DNA of 64,000 nt, taken from Schizochytrium sp. TIO01 (lineage: Eukaryota > Protista > Bigyra: Labyrinthulomycetes). This document shows positions 36,701-49,873 of this stretch, piece by piece (position 1 is the first letter of the stretch; each line of letters begins with the position of its first letter). Below the pieces are notes generated by a model. That model ran no database searches. It had not been told where the DNA came from and saw nothing but the letters and a program-made list of their open reading frames with translations. The stretch spans positions 9,158,761 through 9,222,760 of the forward strand of contig SMSO01000031.1 in NCBI GenBank assembly GCA_004764695.1. The letters are read 5' to 3'. Position numbers and translations under genes: made by a program.

Positions 36701-37650
36701 GAGTTCGATGACACTGCTGCCGCAGCTGCTGCAGCTGCAGCTGCCCTCTGTGAGCTTCGTGTGGTCCTCTGCCTCTTGCGTGTGGACCTGTCAAGGTTTT
36801 GCTGTTCTTCTTCTTCAGCATCGTCTTCAGCTGTGTGGTGGCGTTCACAGGGGCATTTTGCATGAGATTTGCTCTGGATTCCTTCGCTCGACGTTTCGTC
36901 GTCTTCTATGATTGTGCATACTGGTCCATTTTTTGTGAAGAAGAGCCATTCCATCCCATCTTTGGAGTCGACAAGCAGCCAGCTTCCGAGTGGAATGGCG
37001 TCCCTCGCCTCCGATGGCGGCGTCACGTTTACCGCCGTTCTCCTTCTTGGCACCTGTTTACGCATGGCCTCCCTGTGCGAGGCCTTAAAGTCTGGGTCTC
37101 CGCTTGGCTTGGCCTCGAGCACCTTCGCAACGCGCCACTTTCCGTTGCGGTCTTTCGCCACTACTTTTCTGCCCACGCGGACTTCTCCAGGAACACCGTC
37201 TCCACCTTCCTTCTCGTTGTTACCGGCATCATCCTCTTCTCTATTTTCTTCATCCTCGTCTCCATTTCCAGCTGCATTTCGCTTCTCTTTCCTGCCATTG
37301 TTATTTTCTTCCTCTTCGCCACCCTTGTGGTGTCCTCGAGATCCTCGGGATCCTCGAAGTTCATGCCGCATGTTATGGACCTGAGCTTGGCTTTGGTTTT
37401 GATTCGGGTTTTGTGTCTCGCCATCGTTCTGCTCGATTTGTTGTTGCTGTTGCTGTGAAAGCTGCTGTTGTTGAACTTGTTGCTGCTGCTGTTTTTGCTG
37501 ACGCCGGTCTCCGTCTGCCAGGCTTGTTCGGAGCTGATCTTCAGACTGATCCTGCTGCTGCTGCGCAGCCCCCTGCTGCGCTTTTTGCGCTTCACCCGCT
37601 TGTTGGCGGCTTGTGCTCGCGGCAGATCGGCGTCGTTGGGACCGTGTCAT
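30720..37650 (-). CDS. Very large multidomain chromatin protein (BAH, ZZ, SANT, two PHD-type fingers, plus Tudor-, AP2- and dsRBD-like segments); exons 37650-32130 and 32044-30720
   Basis: BAH: FYVGQIEAMWE...ARIAWFFWPEET...EIFSSNEVDTVPLSSI. ZZ: CSYC..CAVC..CFECF..H..SHPY. SANT: DWSGREAMRLVDSL...W. PHD: CVVC..LLCDGCDSEFHLDCLSPPL..W.CDDC. An 85-nt GTGAGT...TTTGCAG intron joins the two ORFs in phase 1. Confidence 0.85.
32045..32129 (-). other. Predicted spliceosomal intron (85 nt)
   Basis: Canonical donor GTGAGT at 32129 and acceptor TTTGCAG ending at 32045. Removal fuses ORF 32071-37650 to ORF 30720-32369 in frame (...TKDAFIDGQTVF...). Confidence 0.75.
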
Positions 37651-37909
37651 GGCGGCTCAAAAGACCAACAGGAAACGTGAAGTGAAGGATACCAACGACG
37701 GAGGACGAAAGACGCGGACAGAGACGGAGGTCGCGGGGGACGGGTGAAGGGACGGAGGCTCGGAGGCCCGTCTTCCGCGGGCGGGCGGGCGCGCGGACTC
37801 GCAGACGGGCGGGCGCCGGCCTCGGGCTCGGGCTCGCTCCGCTGGCCTGCTCGCTTGCTTGTCTGCTTGCTTGCTCTCTCTCTCTATCTCTTTAATTGTT
37901 TGCTTCGTT

Positions 37910-37911
<2 letters not shown>

Positions 37912-37975
<64 letters not shown>

Positions 37976-37985
37976 TTTCTTTTTC
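37912..37985. repeat. (TTTC)n microsatellite upstream of the chromatin gene
   Basis: Directly visible. Confidence 0.95.
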
Positions 37986-39957
37986 TTAATTTGTTTTTCT
38001 CTCTCTTTCTCCCTCTTTTTCGAGCTCGTACTTCCTACATTACGAAGTTGTTATGATATGCTGCTACTATTATTATCATCATCTATCCATTATTGCGTAA
38101 TTGGGCCTAGCTAAGTGGTACCAGTAGTATCTTCTTCTTTGTCTTTGACCTTGAACCCTTGTAATCTTGCCTGCTATAAGCGCATTTACATCTCCTAATC
38201 TACTGTCTACAAATACCCAACATGACATTCATGGAATGCCATGTTGGCCTGATTTACTACCATGGAACCAGAGTATGAGATACTTATATCTCTCGCCGGG
38301 TATATGGATCGATTGGATGTTTGGTTTTCTCCTTCTTCCTTCCTCCACTTCTCTCTGTTCTCTTCAGCATGAAGCAAGAACAAGTACTAGTGCGTGCTTA
38401 GGGACTGCTATGCAGCTAATAAACCATGCAGCTAGATAGGACTGCAAATCAGACCAGTCACTCGGACTCAGCGAAGTCAATGCTGGCTAGATCTTCAAAG
38501 TCCGGCGACAGGAGAGGAGAAGAAGGCAGAGGCTTGCACACAGAGAAAGCGTGCATGAGACCATTGCAAGCTGCTAGCTGATGGCATCGGCATTGATTGT
38601 GAATCGATTCACTGGCGGCAAACTATTTTGTCAAGTGCTCAAAGATAGATAGATCTAAAATAGGCAGGCAAAGAAGTACTAACTAATACTAGTACCAGCA
38701 GTACCTCACATTAAGAATCTCAACAATCTTTTCTTCTTCTTCGTTTTTAATAATAATAGTAAAAAGAAAAGGTTTTTGACTCAATCACACCTCAGGTATT
38801 TATTTCTTTGACCTAACATTATTATTAAAGTGAATATAACTACGGGCGTAGGTGATAAAATGCATGCATGTATGTACCACCTTGAGCATGGAACGCATAA
38901 TGCCATGGTAGTAGTACCAGTGCATTCCAAGATAGAAGGTGCATCTTGTCTTTCCTTGCTTGTGTTTAAACAACAAGTAGGCACCATCAACAGAAAGTCA
39001 GCTCTTCGGTCGTCAGCCAAGCTCGAAGATGGTCACGGGGGAAGGATCGACGAGTGGCAGCATTTCATCAGAAGAATTGACAATATGAGAAAGCAGACCC
39101 TAGGCACGTACTCTTTGCCTCCGATGCTGGCTGCAATCTGCTGTATCTAAGCTAAAGCTGAGTATTGAACAGGGTCCTCTGAGATCCTTCCGAATATTGT
39201 TGTGAAAGTGGCTACGAAACACCTGTCAGCTTTCAAGTATTCTGAAGCCATACAAAACGTGGAAAAGCGGGTACCAAAAATCCAAAGCCCTGCTTAACCA
39301 GCTCTGTGGTAGGTAGGGGATGATTCTTTCTTCTTTTTTTTACATTCCTCTCAGATTTGCAAAGGACAGAAAAGGAAGAAAGAGAATTTGAAAGGAATGG
39401 AAAGAATTCAATTCTCGTTCGTTCTTGTCTCTCTCACAGGTCAAACGTTACCCTAATCAATATTTCTGACTAAGGGGAGAAAAAAAAACAAGTCTAAGCA
39501 AATAGCTGCTTTCCCATTTTGTTTTTCCAAAGAAAGAGTAAGGTCTTGTATTGATAGCAGTTCAGAGTAGGTACCTACCGAAATCATTATTGATCCATTG
39601 CCGAAGGTCGGCCTACATCACTGCTCTATATAAGACCCGCTCTCGCCTGAGCAAATGCAAGAGAGCTCATGGCTTTTATTAATGTACTATCCTTGTTCTC
39701 CTTCGCATGAAACAATCCTATACAGTAAGAGAAACTGAGGGTGCTTCGGTTGTTGTGAGTCATTTCTATTATACCTAATACGCACAAATACCTCCGTTTC
39801 TCCAATCCTCATTTTCTCGTTCGAGATTTGCTCTTCGATCCATGCTCAATGCTTAGTGTGGTTGCCATCTAATCTGAGATTAATATGTAGGGTGCCCTAC
39901 TTCAATACATACTAAGGCGAGCATTCGTCTGTGTGGGTACCTACCTACCTACAAGTG

Positions 39958-40635
39958 CGTCAAAGAGGACAAGATCTGAATGTCGGTGTCGAAATTGTGG
40001 CTACAATGCGCGCACATCAATCAGATGCGGATGTACAAGAAAGTGCGTTGTGGAATCTTGCTGTTGACGAACGCAACAAACAAATTCTAGGACAAGATCT
40101 GAGTGTGGGTTCAGAAATTGTAGCTCCGACGCGCGCACATCAAGCACACGCAGGTGTACAAGAGAATGCATGTGGTGCCTCGTCGAATCTTGCTGCAAAC
40201 TTTCACAGCAGGCCGGTCCCAATGTAAGATTTGAATGCGGGTGTACATGTTGTGGCCGCAATGCGTACACATAGAGCAGATGCGCGTGTGCAGGAAGATG
40301 CATGTGTAGCATTACGAAATCTGTCTACTGACAACAGCCGTAACAGTGAGATCCTAGTTCAAGATCTGAACGCAGGTGCAGATATCGTGGCTGCTATGCG
40401 CGCTCACCGACAAGTTGCAAATTTCTAAGAACAAGCATGCGCTGCAATACAACATCTTTTTTGTTTCAACGATTACAATCGCGAGATCTTGGAATAAGAT
40501 CTAGATGTAACCTTAGAGACTGTGGCTGCAATTAACTTACATCGTACAGATACGGAAATTCGAGAATAATCTCGTGCGATACTTCAAAATTTGATGCTTA
40601 ACCAGAAAGTACAGACGAAACTTGTACAAGACTAG
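39958..40635 (+). pseudogene. Armadillo-repeat pseudogene fragment (five ~44-aa repeats)
   Basis: One frame carries repeats of QDL.xG..IVAAMRAH..xA.VQE.AC.AL.NL. In-frame TAA at 40225, 40426, 40495 and 40567; TAG at 40633. Confidence 0.8.
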
Positions 40636-41439
40636 TGCCGAGAGGCAGTTCTGATAGCTTGGCAAAAACTTCCATCATCGATGATTTGGCAGCAACTTCT
40701 GCAAAGCTGGAATGGGGTATTCCTCACTTTAAGAGAGTAACAGATTAAGAAATTAAAATTGTATTTTATGGGTAGCTTCTGGAATCTTCCTGTAAGTGGC
40801 GGGATTTCAAATTTAATTTTGATTGGAATCGCAATCACGTGAAGTATAGAAGGATTTTTATCTGAAGAGACAAGTCATTTCTCTATAAATTTATTTTCAG
40901 GTATTCGCTTTAAAGAACAGAGAAGCAAGTGGAACCTTGAAAGTTGAAAAGATTGGAATTGTGAGGCTATAGGTTGGCCAATAAATATTCAGCTTACTTC
41001 TGAATTATGCTCCTTAATTACTGAGGCGATCTGTCGAGCTCGAGTGCCGAACGCTTCCCATAGAGTGTCTCAATCATATGAGAGGTCTTAATGTGGAATC
41101 GGAGCGCCTTATAAAAAAAAGACGGCTCAGTCAAAATGCACGCCCATCAACAGCTAACAAATAGCCATATAATTAGAAAGCGCGGAACCTTCGAACAATA
41201 GGATAACGAAGTCTTTCTCAGACTTGCTGATTTTTGCAAAGGAAAATAGACTCGGCTCATGTTTTCTACATAAAGGAATATGTGAGATTGCAATAACACG
41301 AGAGACAAAGAAACGATAGTTCTCATCATCCAACTAGAAAAAACCAAATTGAAAAAATATGGAAGCAGTTCTAGTTATAGACGCTGATCTTCTAGAGAAG
41401 CCTTTCTTTGCGGGTGTCATTGAACCCCCATCTACCTTT

Positions 41440-41575
41440 GCCCAGTCCGCAAACAAAGGGAAATAAGAATCTCTGATCAGCATCAGCTGGGTCAATTCTA
41501 GCGCAATTATTATAGACTTCTTTTGTAAGAGCTGGCCTTGCTTAAATGAGAGACCAAAATCTATCATCATAATCA
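41440..41575 (-). pseudogene. Protein kinase activation-segment relic
   Basis: MIDFGLSFK...IIALEL...SYFPLFADW resembles DFG ... Y.APE ... Y.P..AD.W (kinase subdomains VII-IX). Confidence 0.35.
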
Positions 41576-42235
41576 GGTATACTCAATAGACCTATATTTG
41601 GCTGTGTTACAGGTACGAAACAAAATGAAGACATAAGAAGAGAAGACTGTTTGCTTTTGCAAACTTAAGAAGGATAATCATGTTATTTGCGTGCTAATGA
41701 GCCAAACAATTCAAGAGTTTGCATGACAAGGTACATAAAAAGGCACGAAATGTGAAAAGCGATGATACTTTGCAGGCATATTTATTTTCTTTTATTATTT
41801 ATGATAGTTACGCTGGAACGACCGTGAGCACCCACTCTCGCATCGCAAATGATCGCGCGCATCAGAGATTGTGGCGCCATTTGCCATTATATGTGCATAG
41901 TAGTAAAGCGAGCGCATGCATAGCAGACATAAAACTTTTATTGACTTGAAGCAAAGTCACATGCCACAGCTAATTTGAAAAATACGCGTCAGCTTTCGAG
42001 TCTGCGCTATCTTTATAATCCATACAACTTTTACTGTGCCGCCTCTTCAATTGCACATTCTTGTGTATCAGGCGACTTATGGTGAATATCCATTGATTTT
42101 TTTTTCGTGTGACAACAATTATACGACATGCTCAAGAGGAGAACAATATCATCGTCGAACAGAACGAGGTTTTAAATTAAAGTTGTGGAAAAGAAGCTAC
42201 AATAGAGATATGCATTCTTTTACTTTCTCGACTTC

Positions 42236-43808
42236 TTAACTATCGGAGGATTGATGAATGAGAGCATATGCAACGTAACCAACGTAAATTAAAGCAAACA
42301 CAGCTCCAATACGCCTCTCCATAGTCCAACGATTGATCATGAGTGTAAGCACATAAATCATTACCGTTGCTGAGAGGATAATAACCTCGGGGACAATATC
42401 ATCAACATTGACAACCATGGGCAAGTATTCATCAGCCAATCCTGAGAGAGTCCATGGTAACCCAAGCCCCAGCAAAATATCAAAGACGTTAGATCCAACT
42501 GCGTTTGCAATGGCCATGTCTGCATGGCCTTGCTTGGCCACGATCATTGAAGCAATCATGTCTGGTACCGAGGTTCCAGCAGCAAGTAGCACAAGACCCA
42601 TGATTACCGGGTTAATTCCGATCGAGCAACCAATTTTAGTTGCAAGGGTCACCGCTCCATAGCATGCAATAGCAATCCAAACGATAGACATGACGAAAGT
42701 AGAGATAAACCAACGGTAGAACCAGCCTTCCTCATTAGAGCAATCCGGAATGGTGGCACGGAAAACCAGCTGCAAAGGGAGTGAAATTACGAAATATATT
42801 TTGCCCATGATTGTCTCTGGGACTGCATACCAAGGACCTTCCATCGTCGTCATCTTCTCCTTCACCTTCATTCTTGTCACCTTCATTGGAGACCTTGTTG
42901 TTGTTCCCGCCATGTTGCTGATTTTGCTGGTCTGCAGAGTGGCTTACATCATAAACCTTGATTTCCTCTTTGGAGCAGAGGTTGAGGATCCGGCCATTAT
43001 AAATCATAAAGACAATGTAAAGCACGTAGACGAATACCATAATCAGTCCCTCATACCACCAAACAATACCTCCGCACGTATAATCTTCTGATACATCAGT
43101 CGTATTCCATGTCAAATCCAAAGTATCATAGTTGATACAACCCTTACTTCCATTAACGAGAACAGCTACAAGGAGACCAATAGAAGAGACGTAGAATCCC
43201 ACATCCCGGGCAATCGGACGCCAGTCCAACTTAATCGGCTTTGGGGTCACGGCTGCACTCATTGCTACGATGATGAGAATGTTAAAGAGCGCACTTCCAA
43301 CAATTGTACCAACACCAATGGAATTTCTTGTGGAAAAAGTGTCAGAAAATGAAGTAAACAGCTCTGGAGCAGATGATCCAGCAGCCATAAAAGTAGCACC
43401 TGCCACGTCCTCACTCAAATTGAGCTTTTCGCTGATCTGCTCCAGCGAAGGCTCAAAAAATGTATCACAGAGAATTGCGAGGGCTAGGAACGAATAGATA
43501 ATGATAGCAAAGTAAACAACATCCAAAACAACACTCAGATTACTATCTTCGTCAGTGCACTCAACGCTGCCAGAAAGTCGTCGCCGCGCTTGATCTATGA
43601 GCTCTTCATGAGAGTGCTCTGAGTCACAGTAGGCGATAACTATAAACAAAAGGGATGTCGCGATAAGGAGAGCAAAACCTCGCTGAAAGGATCTGCGCGT
43701 GTGGCTTTTAGCTTTACGAAATCTACGTAGACTTGTCGCATTAATGTTGGGGTTGCGCTGAGCAGACTGATGCCGCCGTTGTGATAACATGAGCAAAGCC
43801 CGTGACAT
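42236..43808 (-). CDS. K+-dependent Na+/Ca2+ exchanger (NCKX/SLC24 family), interrupted by a +1 frame break near 42841
   Basis: Alpha-1 repeat DVAGATFMAAGSSAPELFTS...GTIVGSALFNIL in ORF 42735-43808. Alpha-2 repeat MGLVLLAAGTSVPD...DMAIANAVGSNVFDILLGLGLPW in ORF 42236-42913. Confidence 0.92.
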
Positions 43809-46800
43809 GATGACACGGCTTAGAATGAAAAAATGAGATTATTCAAGGAGTTGAAGCAAGCCAAAGGCTGAAATACTCTCCTATCGATATGTAGGCTTTG
43901 CGGGTGCTTAAGATGCCGGCACTGCAGATAATGTCCACTGACAAACTGAGGATAATGAATTTGAAGGGGGGGGATAAGCAAACAAAGTCCTCAAGTCTTG
44001 TTGTCAATCCCGAGTATCCACGACCTAGACGTAGCAATGTAGAACTGAAACGGGTGAAGATGCAAAAATTCGACCCTTATTGTTAACTAATATCTATGAA
44101 TTTCCTTCAAATCACAGATATATATTAAACTAAAGGAATTGAAGTCTGAACGACGCCAAATCGACAAGTTTTAAAGGTTTTGCAACAAGTTTTGAAAAAA
44201 TTGCAAGTGATCAGCCAAGTGCCAATTTCCCCTATCCTACGGTTCGGTGCAAATATGCATGCAACCCACTCCCAAACAATGTCCAGAAAAGCAATTACGA
44301 TGATCTGGATACGGCTGCGCAATATGCAAGAACTCAAGCGAACATGCGCACGCACCAACGCATGCAGAAAGCTTGATGAAGACAAATAAAGCTCAGTGCA
44401 GCCGTGTGCGCTATCCGGGTATCTGGAAAGAGATATGTATTGTAATACCTCTGGACGCTGACACGGATGTCAAGCGCTAGGAGGACTAACCAGCTGCACG
44501 GTGAGAAACGTGACCTCCAAATCCTCTACGTTAGCTCACTGCGCGGCCAGAAAAGAGTGCACCTTTTTGCGTGTCTACGCTGGCGAGGTCGTCTTGACTG
44601 GGTGACTGTATTGCCAATATCTACTCAGGCGTAAAATACAAAGGTTTTATAGGGTTGGCTTTGTTTGAAGAGGCACAGAAACCGACTCATTCAATATTCT
44701 TTTAGTGCCTGTATTATGTGCTGTTTGTTTTATCCCTCCCAACAACAAGAGCCTGCTTCGAATTACACCAAAAGAAAAGGGTTGTTAAGGAAAACGGATC
44801 AGTGTCGCGCCACCAGGGGTGTGTGTTAGCCACATGTATTTGGTTGTTCTCAGGTTGGTACCTTGTTGTATAACAAAAATGCCCGTTCGTAATGGGAACA
44901 GACTCAGTTGAAGAATCAGAGTTGGTAGTTGAAAGCGCAGGGTCATGCGATCTGGAGCAGCACGCGATTAATTCCTGAGGTGGTAATCAGATATTTATAA
45001 TCAATATTACCAAATAGACAGCCGCTCCTGGCATTACACAAATAGGCACCCTCTTCTTCATTCTAGCTAGTATTGTGATACCATTTATGGGGAGAGATAA
45101 AAAGGGGAGATTAAAAAAAAACGAAAACAATGTATCTTTCTAGCCATGGCAATAGCCAATAGCGTAGGATCCTGTGTTTTTTTCTTCCTCTTTTTTCCCT
45201 TGAAGTTATATATAGGCAGTCTTTGAGCTGCCCTTTGGAAGGAAAGCGGCAGTGGTCAAATATAGTTTGCCAGCGGATATCTCGTCGTTGACATGCATAA
45301 TTTTGGGATCTGATGACGGATGGCCTATAGGAAAAAGATAACTTTGTCGATTATATTCTGTATTGACATCTCGAGAGTTGAGAAAATGCATCGTGAGGAG
45401 AAGGAACATCACAGAATATATGACGGAGATCTATATTTGGGAACATCATTCGGAGCCATCATCATGAGCGCGATCTCGTCTGGATGAAGCGGGTTCGCAA
45501 TTTCCTTGGTAGTGCAATGTTTGCATGCTAGTGCTAGTAGCGTTCAGCAAAGAAAGCGCTGGGTCAATAGATAGGTGGATAGAATGAAAATAGCACAGGC
45601 ACTCCATCATACACTAGAGTTTGATTTCGTTAAATGCGTTTCGGCAGCTCACTCCAGAGTTTCTTTCTTAAAGCTCTCTCTTTTGAAATAAATAACAATA
45701 TAACAAAATTAAGTATTCTTACTTTGTTTATTTTCTAGTTCTCGGCGAGCTAGCCAAAACATGTCTCGTCTGAGGTCTTCAATCGGAATTTACAGTCAGC
45801 AGAAGCACGACTGAAAAAAGTACTCAGGCACATGGATTTGTGATTTTAAAAAGCCAAACGCACAGCCAGCTTGGCTGCCTGACCGCCAGCCAGCCGACTA
45901 AGCACAGCCAGAGCAACAGAGCACGAAAGAACAATATAGCTTCCCCCCCGACACTATTTCATCCAGTACAGCAAAAAAAGCCACAACCAGCAGCTATTGA
46001 TAACCACCTTTTAAAAAGTAAGGGTCTATTCTATTGCACTTTTAGAGCTTATCTTCTCTTGTGAAGGAAGAAAAGAAACTGTTTGCTAGTCCGCACCCTG
46101 GTCCGATGGATCCGTTGATTTCTCCGTGCGTTTTGCAAATTCTGCAGAACCCTTTTTCCACATACGTTATAATGAGGAATAAAGGAAATAATTAGGCCTA
46201 CATAAACAAACGTACAAACCTGAATAGGAAGTAGGTGCGTAATGTTTATGAACTTTACTTGGCGCTTACTTTTGCAAAGGTACAACTATGACACTTATTG
46301 ACTCAGAATTAATGTTTTGTAGGAAGAAAGGTAGATTGATGCCCTACGAGTTCTTTCATTTCTTTATTATCTTACATCTCTAAAAAAAGTATTGACAATA
46401 AATGACCTGCAGCTGGATCTTGGTGCTCATGTTTCTACTTTGGGCCTCAAGATAAAGATATCTACATACGAGCAACGTTCCCCTTGGTTTCTTACAGGGG
46501 TACTGTGGATTGTGCTTATCGGTGTGCGATGGACGGAGCTGAGGATGTTATTGCCAAGAGTTCCTATCGTGCGGATATATCTTGATTTGACGCACCCTGA
46601 GCTATCCTGACAAAGGAAGTACCAATGGGGCGTGGCAAATATTAAATGGCAACAGCAACAGCATCGATAGGTGGGTTTTATGTCTACCAGTACCTTTTAT
46701 GGAGCGCATATTGTTTGTCAAGACACTGGTCGAGTATTATTATTTTTAAAAAAAATGGACTGTGTAACTTGCAATGTCACGTCACTAAGACAATATTAGA

Positions 46801-49774
46801 TCTGAAGGAAAGCTCTCTTCTTATGGTCGTATGAACGAACCCTTGGGCAACAGCATGCTCAATTCTTTGAATACTGAGTCAATGTGCATTTTCTAAGACA
46901 AGTCTGAAATAATGAAAAAGCTGACTTCGTTTCATACTAAAGATATTGCTCAAGAGAAGGAGATCTGTAGCGCGCTTTTTGTCGTTAATGCTTTGCTGGC
47001 ATGGACGCCTTTTTGGTTTCGAGGGATTTTGGAATTTTTCCAAGCCCTTAGCTTGAGACGACTTCCTCTATTTAAAAAAGGAAAAGTAATGTCTTAGGGT
47101 ATTCTCCACTTTCCTAGTTTATGAAGAACCATATCGGCATTCTAATGCGGAGGGTAATAGCAAAATCACTCAAGCTAAATAAATGTAATCAAATGTGAGT
47201 GACAGATGCTCTTACGCCGATTAAAAGCTCTTAGGCATGCAAACCAGCCATATCTTCTAGTATGCATTTGGGAAAGGTTTCAATCGCTCTTCTTTGAGGC
47301 CAATAACGTTTTATCATACGCAACCTTCTCTAGCTATATAAAATACTTCAAATTTTAACAATATTTTGCTACCAAACCTTGCCCGAACAGCGCACGAACT
47401 GCAAACCTGCACTCTTAGAGCGTTTTGCGTTCACATTGCCTGCCAGCAGGCTGCTTCGGCATAGTCTTGTGCGACTTATCAACAGAGATCCAAGTTTATG
47501 GCGTAACTGGTTGCAGAACCTCGATTGGAGAAGGCGAAACTATGCTATGCATAGTTGAATCCTTTCCTGTTTCCATCGAAGTGATGTGAGATCTTTTGGG
47601 TGCATGTACAGTCACTGATGTGATATTGATATCTCATGAGGTCCAGCGCTGTAGAAGCTTACGCACGCGCCACGCTAGAGCCAATATGATTTATCTAGGG
47701 TTATGAAACGTAGTCTGGATTGCTTAGAGGCGATTAAGGAGATATCGGAGATTGTTGTGCTTGGTTAGTGTTGAGGCTAGGATTGATAATTGTCTTGAAT
47801 AAATTGTGGTCTTGTTGAATTGGTTTGGGTCGATTCGGGTTGATTTGTATCTGCTGTTGAATTTGCTTCGCAAAATCCTCTCGACGTTTGCTTTGTTCTC
47901 TCTATTCCGTAGCATAGGCGTATCTCGTGTAGTGTTAAATATCAGCCAACGTGCCAATGGTCAAAAAGGTGCTCCTTTTAAGCCTTGTGAAGTTATGCCG
48001 TAATGTTGTATCTGTTTTCTTTCTCAGTATAGGGGATACACCTTCTTGATGTCCATGGTGGTTTACTGGCCTGCACATTAGACCTGTATGATTTATTTTT
48101 CATGCCCTTTAAAAACGATAATAAAATTTAACATATCACCAACCTATCAACTTGTGTCTCCCCTATGCGAGAAACCCCAAGATTGACAAACAATGAAATT
48201 ATTGTCGATTTAGCTCCATACCTTAAAACAACCACAGGATATGTCAGACTAATCAGGTAGTAGTTTTTTGCATGACAAGAGGATATACACGTTCTGATGT
48301 CTTGTGTAACTCTATTCCTACTTGGGGCGAACCTGCGTTATATCTATATTTGCACCATTGAAAGCCTGTATCTTCTTCACTTTTGTAGCTCTCCATTGAG
48401 ACTAATAACGTCCTAAGGCATTAAAATTCTTTACCTTGCCCCATTCAATTGCTTCTCTTATGTTTTCGGTAGTCTCTGTGACTTCAACATGATAAGAATC
48501 AGCTGATGACCCTGTATTGAATGCACAACAGCTCAACTTATTGGACTCTCGCTCAATGACAGTCACAAGAAATGGAATGACACTGTTATATGAGGCACGA
48601 TTGACTATTAGTTGCATGCGGTACTACCTTTTACCGTACAGTCAGGTAGGTACTTTAAAGGGATGAACGGCATAACTCTATTCAGCAGACTGTCTGATAG
48701 TTTTGTGGCTTCTATTTTGTATGGTATTTTATCCCAGAAGTAAAGATACCGAGGAAAGTCTGTGGCTGGGGAGTGTGGTACATTGAAACTAAGCTCTTTT
48801 TTGTTATTTTTAAAACGTGGTCTAGACTCCGCACATGCTATAGTGTACAACAATAAATCTGCATATTGAGATCACTCTCGCCATCGTCTTTTCCTACTTT
48901 ATAAGTGAAATATTGTTATGGCTGATGGAATGGGTTTGTTCATGCAATTAATAGCTATCGCTCTGTATTTACTGAGAATTGACTTCAAAGAGTCTCATGA
49001 TCATGAATAGCACGAAGATGTTCATAAGCGATGCTGTGTGAGCAATCATTCGGATCGCGTTGTCTCATGTCACCGGTCTCATTGATTCAACTATTATCTT
49101 GCACCAGCTACGTTTATGAGCAATTGGCCGTGTTGGATAACTATGTGCACAAACAGTGCAGATTTCATATTCAATAGTACTTACGCGTGAGCGAGCGCAA
49201 GCTAGCGATGCCAGCCTAGCCTCGGAAGTTCAGGTTGCTATGACTGCTGTTATAAGTTCTTAGGGAAGAGTCAAGCTCACGAGGCATCGCCAGGTTTTTG
49301 GCGCACGATTAAGAATCAGGGAAGCATGAAAAGTCAAACAGGGTGAGAACTAGACGATCAGGTAATAAGTGTCTACGAAACTGAAGGGCTCAAGAGTTAG
49401 AACTCGATCTCGATTTTGTACTGTGAAGACTATGCATGGGAGAACTCTAAATCATCGAAAGGTAGTCAAGCACCGGCATTTTTGACTTCTAGATAACTCT
49501 CGCATGCAAGGTGTCCGTCGTGAGCGTCAGAAAAGTATTGCCGTGGTGGTTTCCCGAAGACCAGGGTATAGAGTCCTTTCATTTGTTCAGTACTAGATCC
49601 ATGATTGGCATTTTTCGATGTTCAAGTACTATATGGAAATCATCAACTCATTTGTTTGCTCGCTTAAAATTGATTCTCAAAAGAGCATCTTTGCATACGT
49701 TAATTAACACTCAAACTCAAGCAAAACCAAAGATGTATTTGGATCATGAATTATATCGACACTTAGTAAATAAC

Positions 49775-49873
49775 CTTAAAAAATTACAAAACTTGCATTT
49801 GCTAAGGTGACAAAGTGGGGCCAATGCGGTATAATCGTGGGTTAAAACCCAACCCGCGACTCACATACAATTC
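49775..49873 (-). ncRNA. Candidate omegaRNA scaffold / right end of the Fanzor element
   Basis: Position downstream of the nuclease stop. Stem-loop TCGCGGGTT-GGGTTTT-AACCCACGA at ~49835-49859 (9-bp stem, one mismatch). The RNA itself is inferred by analogy only. Confidence 0.35.
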
